64,000 bases of DNA from Eledone cirrhosa (lineage: Eukaryota), in NCBI GenBank assembly GCA_964016885.1, contig OZ024749.1:11532001-11596000 (forward strand), read 5' to 3'. Positions 52,886-64,000 of this stretch are shown here, one piece after another (the first letter of the stretch is position 1; every line of letters starts with the position of its first letter). A model generated the notes under the pieces. That model did not search any database. It was not told where the DNA came from and worked only from the letters and a program-made list of their open reading frames with translations. The position numbers were made by a program, and so were the translations under genes.

Positions 52886-53300
52886 TATTGTTATACTTTG
52901 GGAGGGTCATATTGCTAATAACACACGCACCTGTTGGTTTTCACTTCAATTTATTCTAAATTTCCGTTTGGTTAGTTGGTTCGATAACCGGAAGGTTGTT
53001 TAGATATTCTCAAAGCTCTTTCGTCACACATTCTGTGGCCTCCTCAATGACTAGGTTTTTATTTTGTGTGTCTCTTCTTTGTCACTGAGGAGGTCACAGA
53101 ATGTGCGACAAAGTGCTTTGGCAATATATAAACAACCTTCCGGTTATCGAAGCAACCATCCGGTAATTTAGAAAACGAACAGGTTAACAGGTGCCTGTGT
53201 TTTTATTGGCAACATGACCCTCCCAAAATATAACAATATCTGTTTCAGCATGTTTTCAGATAAGAAATCTTGCAAAACAAATTCAAATTTATTTGTAAAT
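52886..53300 (+). mobile_element. Fold-back element 3b (older copy, longer arms) with decayed hammerheads
   Basis: Imperfect arms of about 165 bp; + arm GUCA-CUGAGGA-GGUCACAGAAUGUGCGAC-AAA, - arm GUCA-UUGAGGA-...-GAAA; tail homologous to 48901-48960. Confidence 0.75.
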
Positions 53301-54253
53301 ATATATATGTGTGTGTGTGTGTATATATATATATGTGTGTGTGTATATATATGTATGTGTATATATTTATATGTGTATATACTTATATATATATGTGTAT
53401 ATATATATGTGTGTATATATATATATATATGTGTATATATATATATATATATGTGTATATATATGTATATGTGTATATATATATGTATATGTGTATATAT
53501 ATATGTATATGTGTATATATATGTATATATATATGTGTGTATATATATGTATACATATACGTATATATATGTATACATATACGTATATATATGTATACAT
53601 ATACGTATATATATGTGTATATATATATGTATACATATATATATATAATATATGTGTGTGTGTGTGTGTGTATATAGAACTTGTTTGTATTTTTTGTTGT
53701 AATATTAATGTGGCAACATGCCTCTGGTCACATTCATGGTGTCACTATTTCCTAACTTGTGTTCATTCTGAGGAGAAATTTATTAATTACTCTCTCATTG
53801 AGTGCTTTGTGACAGTCTTCAAAGATTGGGTGCTAATCTGCTACTTGCAGCTGCAACTTTGATTATACTTATTACTATTATATATATCCTTAAAACTGTT
53901 ACATTTCTTCATGTTACAAATTGTTATAATTTTATAAATTTGTTTATTGAAGGAAGTGTGTTTGACTGAGTTTATAAATCCCCACCAAGCCACAAAACTT
54001 TAAATTCTGCTAAAATAGGATAAGTTATACGATAATTCTTTAAAAAAATTAGTTTACTCCTTTCAGTCAACAAATTCGCTGCTAGTTTTCTCTCATCAAT
54101 TGTGAAAGGTGTGAAGTTAATTTTCATTAAAATTACTCCTTTGTAAATACACCTTAAAATGGATGACATTAATATGTTGTCCCATATCTGAAATTGGATT
54201 TTTTGGACACCATATATATATATATATACATACGCACATGTATATATATACAA

Positions 54254-54291
<38 letters not shown>

Positions 54292-55940
54292 TTGTTTTTT
54301 ACTTTTCAGCTTTTTGGTTTCCAGATCAATAATTTCTCTTTGAAATCAATACAAACAAACAACTAACAAATGTTTCTCCAGTTTATCACACCTGATTGTA
54401 ATCTTAACAGTTTTGTCGTTGTTTTTTAACTGAATGCTACTGTAGATGGAACTCTTAACATCTTACATCAAATAAAAGCACATTAGCTTGAACACTACAA
54501 AACAACACTTCAATTGCACTACATTAAACGTTAAAGTCTTTACTCTAATTTTTACAATGATTTGTCCACTCTTAAAGATACTATAAAGATTTGAATTAAC
54601 AAACCACTTTAGTAAGACATTCTTGAACAGTACAAAACAGCTCTATGGCTGCATCATATTAAAAATTATAGTCTTTACTTTAGTTTACCATAAATTTTGT
54701 TTATTAGTAAAGATATTATAAAGATTTGAATTAGCAAGCTTGTCTTTAAATATTTTCGACTAAATCATTAGAGGATGTTAAGAGTTAAATGAAGATCATA
54801 TACAGTGTTACTTCACATTCTGCATAATAAGCCTGCTTGTGTTTCCCTATCTGTCCTGTTTTGTGGATTTTCTTGAAATAGAAACTAGTGTTTTATAAGC
54901 AAATATGCTTCACAAAAACCAGCATACAGTTATTTTCATGATTGTACTCAAAATAAATGTTTTAATTAACCACTAATGACTTTATTGTTATTATAAATGT
55001 TCAGTTATTCAAATAGTGCATTAGTCATGTTTATTTATTTGTAAACTTTTCCAATTCTAAGAATATACCATAGAAGTAGTTGCTATTTTCACCTAATTAG
55101 CAGTGGAGGGGCTGATGACTTAATTAACAGTGGAGGTGGAGGTTGATGACCTAATTAGCAATGGAGGGGGTTGCTCTGAAAGTGACTTAATTAGCAGTGG
55201 AGGAGAGTGCTCTAAAAGTATAGCAGCTGGAAAACGTTGAGGGATTTACATTTGTAGAGAAAGGCTGTGAGATGTATAAGAGTGAATGTAGAGTATATGT
55301 GAAGATTAGACAGAAATGGCTGTGTAATGTTAACGTGAATATCAAAGCATGGATGAGCCCAGAGAAAAACTGGACAGGAGTCAGATGTAGTGTGTGTAAC
55401 ACAGATCTTTTAATGTTGACTGGAAGAAATAGCAGAGTTTTAGGGCATTAAATGCTTCAGTATTTATTCGAGCCCACTGCATTCTTGGGTTCAAATCTCG
55501 CCCAGGTTAACTTTACCTTTAGGGGTCAATAGATAAAATTCCAGTATGTGGACAGTGGATTGACGGCTAGCATTCTTTGTAATTGAGTTCAAATCCCACC
55601 TCTTGTTTCTCGGTGTTGAGATTGGCAGGTAGAGTTAACAATGGAAAGACCAATGGAAACATTATTTTTTCTGTCTGATCTGACAATCACCTATTTTTTT
55701 AAATTAATATTTCTTCTTCAAAATAATATTAATAATAGTAATGATTTCTAATTTAGGCACAAGGCCAGCAACTGGTACTTTATTTTATTGACCCTGTAAG
55801 GATGAAAGGAAAAATTGACCTTGATGGGATTTGAACTCAGAAAACAGACACCTGGATGAATACTGCAAAGCATTCTCTTTCATATCCTAATCCAAAACCA
55901 TACTTTTTTATATTAAATAAATTATTATCATTATTATTTT

Positions 55941-56140
55941 GAAGGGCGGTGGATTGGCAGTATTGGTAGAGAGTCGGACACCGTGCTTTTTAGCATAGAG
56001 TTACGGCCCTTTATAATCTGAGTTCAAATCCCGCCGAGGTTAACTTTGCTTTTCATCCTTACGGGGTCGATAAAATAAAGTACCAGTAATACACTGGGAT
56101 AATTGCTGGCCTTGTGCCAAAAGTAGAAACAATTATTATT
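55941..56140 (+). mobile_element. SINE family B copy
   Basis: Full-length; attattattttgaag on both sides is a probable target-site duplication. Confidence 0.82.
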
Positions 56141-56194
56141 TTGAAGAAGAAGAAAGAACCCAAGTGCTATATGGTGGTTTTAATTGAATATTTG

Positions 56195-56378
56195 TTATTA
56201 TTTTAACTTAACCCAGGCTGTTGGTATCAGTTTATTATTTTAACTTAACCCAGGCTGTTGGTATCAGTTTATTATTTTAACTTAACCCAGGCTGTTGGTA
56301 TCAGTTTATTATTTTAACTTAACCCAGGCTGTTGGTATCAGTTTATTATTTTAACTTAACCCAGGCTGTTGGTATCAG
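56195..56378. repeat. 37-bp tandem repeat, about 5 copies
   Basis: ttattattttaacttaacccaggctgttggtatcagt. Confidence 0.95.
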
Positions 56379-56514
56379 ATAAAATGTCAGGCAATGGCAA
56401 TATTGGTGACTTCTTAACCACAGTCATGCCATTGCCTCTAACATTTAAAATATATATAGAGATGCACATGAGCTAAATTCTCAGAAATTTAAGCATTGAG
56501 AGCATATATATGCA

Positions 56515-56890
56515 TCATCATCATCATCATTTTACATCTGCTTTTCCCTGCTTGCAAGTGTGGGATGGGAACTGATTCTGGCTTGATTTCTACAGCTGGA
56601 TGCCCTTCCTAACACCAACCTCATTTACAGTGAGGTGATTTTTTGCCGTGGCACCTCCACGTCCACTTTACAGTGTGGGCTAGGTGCTTTTTTTTTTGCC
56701 GTGGCACCTCCACGACCACTTTGCAGTGGAATGATATGGACCCCAGTCCTATCATCTCATTTCTACAGCTGAGTAAACTGGAATAATGTGAAATAAAGTG
56801 TCTTGCTCAAGGAAACAACACATCATCCAGTCTGAGAATTGAACTCACAACCTTTCGATTGCAAGGCAAATGCTCTAACCACTAAGCCAT
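56515..56890 (-). mobile_element. SINE family A copy
   Basis: Reverse-complement match with an internal duplication. Confidence 0.82.
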
Positions 56891-58492
56891 AACATTAATT
56901 CAAAAGATTTGAAGCGATGACTGTATATGAATATTTGTAAAATTGGAGTATTCTCAGTGTGAAAGGTAGCCATAACAGGTGGATACTAGTCAAATTTTGG
57001 GGGATGGGGGATTTTAAGATATAACCACAAATCGAACGGAGAGTGGGAGAAAGAGGGACAAAATGTGAGAGGAGAAAAATGGGGATGAAAACGATGGAGA
57101 GAATAGACCAACAAGAAAAAGGTACTTAGCGTTATTAGAATCGTCAGGTTCCCACAATAGTTTACTACTATAAGATAGCTTCTTGCTATATATATATATA
57201 TATTACTGATGTTACATATAACATTTCTAATAACTGATATAGGCGGATGATTGCGTCGAAACTAACCAATACCTTTTCAAAAGTAGAATTGAGATGGAAT
57301 GTTTGTGGTTTTTCTCGCATCTGGTTGGTGTTTGAATGTTACTTCTGTTTTATGTGGAAAAAAGTGGCACGAAATGGTAGGATTTTTAGAAAAGTAAATT
57401 GGTTGATGACTCACGTAAATAAGTATAATAAATTTTGCACCAGTTCTCATTACAAAGTTCTTATTGTATTTTAAAAAAGGAGGGGCTCAGATTGTTTTTT
57501 AATATATGAGTGAGATTTGGTTGGTTGATACAGTCATGTGAATAAGCACAGCCAGTTTGTGTTTGAGGGTTCTTTATTGTCATTTTCACTTAAAAATGTG
57601 GCTCAAAAATGTTTTTTTTTTATAAATGTAATTTGATTGGTTATGACTGTCACATGAATAAGTACATTAAATTTCACAGTTCGTTTGTATTTGGGGTTTC
57701 TTTGTAACCGTTTTCAGTCACATGATTTGTCATAGAGAGTTTTGTGCCAAACAAAAGATAATGGTCAAGAAAAAAAAAGGATGAGGAGAATTGTTCTGGT
57801 TCAGTTAGTATGGCTGATGTGCTGAGGTGTCAAAATTCAGACTTTCTATTGAAATAAAGAAAATAGAGAGATATATTTTTATTTGGGTGCTGATGTGTGT
57901 GTGTAGGAAAATGATTCCATTAGTAGAAATTGAAAAGGGAGTTATGGGTGTTATATGTGTGTGTGTGTGTGGGGGGGGTATGGTTAGCATGTTAAGGTGG
58001 TGACAGGGTATAGAATATATATTTGTGTGTGTGTGTAGGAAAATGATTCCATTAGTAGAAATGAGGGAGGTAGTTATGTGTGTGGGGTATTGTCAGCAAG
58101 TTAAGGTGTTAGGGTATTAATGTATGTTAAGGTCTATTTATCTCTGGTTTTTATTTTCGAATATAGAAGAGTGTGTATGTATGTATGTGTCTGTTTGGAT
58201 GGTTAGCATGTTATGGTGTTAACATAATGTATATTAAACTATATTTAATGCTGGTCTATATTTTTGAATAAACCTATTTTCCTTATTTATTTGTATTTGG
58301 TCTGTTATATTGTCAGTGCAAAGATAAAGTGGGAAGACTTGAAATTTGGGTGTCTTATTGCTTGTGCATGTGTCTAAATGTGCACTGAGTGGTATCTGTC
58401 TTGTGGTAGGGTCTCGTAATTTTTGGCGATGAATTGTCTTTCTGAGTGTGAGTTTAGTTTGCCCTATATAATCTTCATTGCATCCTTTACAT

Positions 58493-58719
58493 TTACCCCT
58501 TTAGCATTTAAACCGGCCATATCCGGCCAGAATTCTCTCACCTCTTTCTGTTCAAACCTGCCATAACAAGCCACGCATACTGATGTTAAGGTATTGTTCT
58601 CAAAATAAATAATATCAAAATCTCAGATTCGATATTATGTGAGATATTTATGTAAGGTAAAGCATTTACCATGAAAAGACTATAGTAAATATAGAGTAAT
58701 GTAAATACTAAAGGGTTAA
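58493..58719. mobile_element. piggyBac-type MITE P1
   Basis: CCCTTTAGCATT ... AATACTAAAGGG-TTAA; reverse orientation relative to 1910-2122. Confidence 0.8.
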
Positions 58720-59762
58720 AGGCATACATTTTTTGATTGAGCAAGTGAAGTGATTTTTTACAACAAAATTTTGTCCTGATTGAAATGTATACAGGGTGCC
58801 TTCAATGAGGTGAGTGCAAGTCCGCAATTAGAGCGACCACATTTTTTGACAGTTGGTTAGGGTTAGGTAATTTGGCATTGGTGAGTAATGTTTTTAGTGA
58901 TTTCGGTTGTCTTTTGCTTTGGATTATTTCGTGTTTCCGTATTGTGGGTAGTTTTAACGTACAGCGTTGTTTGACTCAACAAGAGGTTTCCTTAGGAATT
59001 CCTATACAGGTTAATCTTGGAGTAATAATACTGAAAGAGTGAAGAATAACATGGTCAACAGTACAAAAAGGGTTTATTTACAGTATTAACAATTGTTTAA
59101 TTGATTAGGGTGTCTAAAAATTGCTAATCACTTAAAGTTGTGTCACTCAATTTTAAAACACATAGCCATACTTACACAACCATCAACATCACCAACACAT
59201 ATCATCCCTCCTTAAACAATGTCTGTGTGTAAGTATATTTGTATAAACGCCATCCCCACTGCCCCCCCCCCCCCCCCCCCGCCCTCTCTCTCTCTATATA
59301 TATATATAAATTAAAGTATAGAGATTGTTGTGAGTGTGAAGCCAACAGTATTTCATAATATATAAGTGACTATAACGTATACACATGTGTATCTATTTAT
59401 CAGACTTAGTGTGTCTATATACGTATCTCCTTATGGAAATGTAACTACGAACACAATCACACCACCATAAACACTGCAACCTTTCATCTTTATCACAAAC
59501 AACAACACCACACCCACATCACACACAAAAATTAGCCACATCTACATGCCAAACTGTCTATCGGCAGCCAGCACCCCCACATCACGCCCACTTCAACCTG
59601 CGAACAACACCACCAACTTTTCACCACACTCACCCACCACACACGCTACAGGCAAAAACATCCCTATGAACTAATCCACCAATCAAAACAAACTTTAATG
59701 ACCATTGGAACTTCTGACTTTATCATAGAACATGTATTCATTCTTCCATTAACATTACAAGG

Positions 59763-59847
59763 GGTCTGACGAGCCGCAGATTACAGAGTCGGGTTAGATC
59801 GATACAGATCGAAACTTGAGCTGATCAGTGGCGAAATGCACGTCACC
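59763..59847 (+). ncRNA. Type I hammerhead ribozyme with long stem II
   Basis: GGU-CUGACGA-GCCGC[~50-nt imperfect hairpin]GUGGC-GAA-AUGCACGU-C-ACC; lies in a diverged relative of the 63134-63846 arm. Confidence 0.7.
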
Positions 59848-59896
59848 AACTAATAAACGTAACGAAGGAGTAACCAATCGTCCCTGTTATCTTATT

Positions 59897-59932
<36 letters not shown>

Positions 59933-59936
<4 letters not shown>

Positions 59937-60200
59937 GGAGGTGAGTTTTATTGTAGTACAATAAAGCAATGCAGATATCGGATAAGAAGCACTCTACAGT
60001 TTGTAGGACTGGAGTATACATAATATATAAGATATGTTGATTTAAAACTGCACTATCCACAAGTGTTTTTAACCTTCATATCATGTCCTCCTATTTTATC
60101 TGATGAAAACACAAATGTTATTGCATGATGATATTTGTTTTTGAAATGCGCATAATAAAATATATGGAACTCATTTAACCATCTTTTGATCTTATATATA
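59933..60200 (-). mobile_element. Second insertion of the 33.2-35.1 kb Penelope-like family (tail + inverted partial pLTR)
   Basis: 59933-60033 is the reverse complement of about 35022-35122; 60034-60200 matches about 34866-35032; flanked by (TA)n. Confidence 0.85.
60092..60162 (+). ncRNA. Type I minimal hammerhead ribozyme
   Basis: Identical to 34925-34995. Confidence 0.85.
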
Positions 60201-60455
60201 TATATATATATAGTTATGTAATAAACAACATAAGATAATTATTTCATTTACTAGTGGTTTCTTGAAAGCAAACAAAATTTGCTTTCAGTCATCAGAATGA
60301 AAAAATCCTGGTTTATTTATTGACTGGATTTTAAAAACAAAAATATAATATATATGAAATTGAGGCTGGAAAAGGAAGAAGGATAGGAAAAAGAATAAAT
60401 ATAAAGTAGATAAACACACATATACAAACATACACACACACACACGCATGCACAC

Positions 60456-60492
<37 letters not shown>

Positions 60493-60669
60493 GAGGTTAT
60501 ATTTAATTTGTTGGGATTCAACAAGCTTAACAAATTTTATAACTGATATAAAGCACTCAACAGTTTAGTGGAGTAAATACACTATATTAATAAATGGAAA
60601 CTATATTTATAAAACCATATTTATTTTATTATATATATTTCAAGGGCGGCCATATATACATACACACAC

Positions 60670-60718
<49 letters not shown>

Positions 60719-60758
60719 TACAAATATTAATAAAATAGATGTTCTTTTGATCAATTAC

Positions 60759-60811
60759 ATTTTATTATACATATTTCGGATGTACAACAGTACGTCCTCA
60801 TCAGACAAAAT
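60759..60811 (-). ncRNA. Type I minimal hammerhead ribozyme
   Basis: AUUUUGU-CUGAUGA-GGACGUAC(UGUU)GUACAUCC-GAA-AUAUGUAU-A-AUAAAAU. Confidence 0.85.
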
Positions 60812-61020
60812 ATAATGATATATGACATACCGTAAGATGTTAAATGGTTAAGATTTAATCAAGGTAGTGATTAACCCAAGAGAAAATTTAACATTTATAC
60901 CCTAATGAGAAAATATATAAATATATATATATATATAAATAAGAGAGTATTGAAGTTTGCTTGAAGCATTGTGGAACAATAAGTAAATATCTTTAGGTCG
61001 TTTGATATTTATATATACAT

Positions 61021-61383
61021 ATATACATTCATGTATACATCGCTATTTCAGAGCACCAATTCTAATTTTCAATATGTGCTGGACCGGCAATCGCTCTGTA
61101 TAATCAGTTCCTGATTATCACTGGAATTCTATAAGAATCCAACATCTATAATTTTCAACGAGCAAAGGCGAGTGCTAAGCTCTGATGATTACCAACAGTA
61201 TGAAACAGACCTGTCAGCTTATCTACCTTTGTTTGTTGAAAAAAGAAGTAAGTGACATAGTCACGACCTTAAAGTAATAGCGCAAGGTCTTCAAAATGTT
61301 TTTAATTAAGCCTACTGTATGTTGCCAAATATACTATATATACATTCATGTATACATCGCTATTTCAGAGCACCAATTCTAAT
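61021..61383 (+). mobile_element. Retrozyme-like or pLTR monomer of 317 bp with 46-bp terminal direct repeat
   Basis: atatacattcatgtatacatcgctatttcagagcaccaattctaat at 61021-61066 and 61338-61383; central hammerhead; TA flanks. Confidence 0.6.
61176..61221 (+). ncRNA. Type I hammerhead ribozyme
   Basis: UAAGCU-CUGAUGA-UUAC(CAACA)GUAU-GAA-ACAG(AC)CUGU-C-AGCUUA; 6-bp stem I, GUC cleavage triplet, weak stem II. Confidence 0.72.
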
Positions 61384-61406
61384 ATATATATATATATATA
61401 TAAATA

Positions 61407-61444
<38 letters not shown>

Positions 61445-61557
61445 TATTAAAATAATAAATATTTGCTCTACGGTTCTTATATATTTGATATATATTTATC
61501 CTTATCGAGCCCTCTTTGGATTTTAGTCTTCAAATTTATTATTATTACTATATATAT

Positions 61558-62060
61558 ACAATTAAGTTAAAAATGTACATCCACATATGTATACTGAAAT
61601 ACTAGTATGCATATGAATACACACACGTATACATATGTAGATGTACCGAGTTTTTCACTGGTCACTTTACTGTGAGTCTCCAGCTATTCTGTATGTAAAC
61701 ACACAGACAAACCGGTTTTTAGAGTCATACTGGTTTTTGAGGAAACACCTTTCCTCTATTCTCCAGAAAGCCTGGCTTTCTGGAGAATAGAGGAAAGGTG
61801 TTTCCTCAAAAACCAGTATGACTCTAAAAACCGGTTTGTCTGTGTGTTTACATACAGAATAGCTGGAGACTCACAGTAAAGTGACCAGTGAAAAACTCGG
61901 TACATCTACATATGTATACGTGTGTGTATTCATATGCATACTAGTATTTCAGTATACATATGTGGATGTACATTTTTAACTTAATTGTTTAAGCGTCAGT
62001 CATACAAAAGTGAGTTACAAATGAAACGAAATTTAATTTCGTTTCGTTATTTGTTTTTAC
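61558..62060 (+). mobile_element. Fold-back element 4: 215-bp perfect palindrome, 1-nt loop (61773), 72-bp tail
   Basis: 61558-61772 and 61774-61988 are reverse complements; (TA)n on both sides; no canonical hammerhead seen. Confidence 0.85.
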
Positions 62061-62081
62061 TATATATATATATATATATAT

Positions 62082-63946
62082 ATATTGAAAGGATAACAAG
62101 GACGATTGATTACTCCTTCATTGCATTTATTGATAGGTGACGCGCGTTTCGCCACTGATCAGCTCAAGGTTCGATCTGTATCAATCCTACCCGACTCAAT
62201 AATCGGCGGCTTGACGGACCCTCTTAAAATGCTATAAGAAAATGAGATACATGCTATGTGGTAACGTCAGAGTTTCAAGAGTTTGACAAAATGAGTTGTT
62301 TTGATTGGTGGGAAGGATCAAGGGGATGTACTGGCCTGTAGTGTATATGGGGGTGGGTGTGATGGTGAGATGTTGGTGACGGTCAGTGGATGAGATGGGC
62401 TGTGGTGTGGTGGTGGTGGGTTGGCCTTGGCCTGTAGAGTATATGGGGGTGGATGTGATGATATGGTGGTGGTTATGGTCGCTTACTGGGATGGGCTGTG
62501 GTATGAGGTTAGTGGGTTGTCGGTAGACGGGTTGTCATGTGCGGGGTGTGGTTGTGGTGTTGTTTATGGTAGTGGCGTTTGTGGTGGTGTGGTGGATGTG
62601 TTGGTGGTGTCAACTCCTTACGGAGATACATAGCAAGACGCTCTTCGTCTGACAAATACGTTGTATATATGTATACACACACACATATGTATATATGCGC
62701 ACATATATTGATGTATAAACACACACAAAACACATACGCACACCCTCGCTTATACATATCGACACACGCGCATACACAGCCATATGTATATATACACACT
62801 CCCGAACCAACGCAAGTGTGTGTGTATGTATTTTTTTAAATATGCGTGCGTGTACATATATATGTGTATGTCTACATATATGTATATAGGTGAATCTGTG
62901 TGTATGTGTATATGTGCATGTATGTATATGTGTGTGTGTATATATATATATGTGTTTGTATGTGTATGTTTTGTATACGTGTATGTGCCCATATCCGTAT
63001 ATGTGTGTGAGTGTATGTGTATGTATGCATAACACCTTCTCCATTGCCTCTCACCTTCCCTTCATTTTTGTCCTTCGCCACCCCCACCAATACTCCCCCC
63101 ACTCTCCATATTTATGCGCGCATGCACATACGTGTGTGTATATATACATATGGCTGTGTATGCGCGTGTGTCGATATGTGTAAGCGAGGGTGTGCGTATG
63201 TGTTTTGTGTGTGTTTATACATCAATATATGTGCGCATATATACATATGTGTGTGTATATACATATATACAACGTATTTGTCAGACGAAGAGCGTCTTGC
63301 TATGTATCTCCGTAAGGAGTTGACACCACCAACACATCCACCACACCACCACAAACGCCACTACCATAAACAACACCACAACCACACCCCGCACATGACA
63401 ACCCGTCTACCGACAACCCACTAACCTCATACCACAGCCCATCCCAGTAAGCGACCATAACCACCACCATATCATCACATCCACCCCCATATACTCTACA
63501 GGCCAACCCACCACCACCACACCACAGCCCATCTCATCCACCGACCGTCACCAACATCTCACCATCACACCCACCCCCATATACACTACAGGCCAGTACA
63601 TCTCCTTGATCCTTCCCACCAATCAAAACAACTCATTTTGTCAAACTCTTGAAACTCTGACTTTACCACATAGCATGTATTTCATTTTCTTATAGCATTT
63701 TAAGAGGGTCCGTCAAGCCGCCGATTATTGAGTCGGGTAGGATCGATACAGATCGAACCTTGAGCTGATCAGTGGCGAAACGCGCGTCACCTATCAATAA
63801 ATGCAATGAAGGAGTAATCAATCGTCCTTGTTATCCTTTCAATATATTACACTCTGTATAGCTCTACACCTCATCACAGAAGTGAACCTAAACATCGAGT
63901 GCTCTCCCGGATGAACCTGCAGTAACTCCTAGTTACACCCCCTGGA
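62082..63946 (+). mobile_element. Fold-back element 5: inverted arms of about 715 bp, spacer of about 335 bp, 100-bp tail; hammerhead remnant
   Basis: 62082-62799 and 63134-63846 are near-identical reverse complements; GGGU-CCGUCAA-GCCGC...GUGGC-GAA-ACGCGCGU-C-ACCU at 63706-63792. Confidence 0.85.
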
Positions 63947-64000
63947 TATATATATATATACGATATTAACAAATGAAAACTATATTTATAAAACCATATT

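Noticed and set aside
58856-58867. ttagggttagg telomere-like motif
   Set aside because: Fewer than two full units; not distinguishable from chance.
61858-61900. ctggaga...gaaa in the 61.6 kb palindrome as a possible hammerhead
   Set aside because: The conserved A6 is missing and stems I-III cannot be formed.
62421-63506. Mirror-image ORFs on both strands
   Set aside because: They result from the inverted repeat and low-complexity GT/CA content; no recognisable protein motif.

Overview
Eukaryotic, AT-rich, repeat-dense animal genomic DNA. The repeat types suggest an octopus or other cephalopod, but that is inference. The only host gene is the 3' part of a HECT E3 ubiquitin ligase, a UBE3C orthologue on the + strand: 14 GT-AG coding exons between 2157 and the stop at 45085. 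By hand they splice into one open frame of about 634 aa ending in ...[16 protein letters not shown]...GFELS*. The introns and 3' flank hold RTE LINE fragments, one R4/Dong-type LINE 3' end, three tRNA-like or central-domain SINE families, TTAA-flanked piggyBac-type MITEs, several minisatellites and very long (TA)n arrays. The most striking feature is a set of unrelated short fold-back elements sitting in (TA)n tracts, each built as inverted arm + direct arm + unpaired tail. Most carry a type I hammerhead ribozyme with a palindromic minimal stem III; I can fold 8 near-canonical copies by eye, plus several decayed ones. One element still carries the C-terminal fragment of a Penelope-like GIY-YIG protein, which points to Penelope-like pLTR or retrozyme origins. 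A second recurring oddity is that three UBE3C splice donors have been tandemly duplicated into the following intron. All exon and RNA-structure calls were made by eye.
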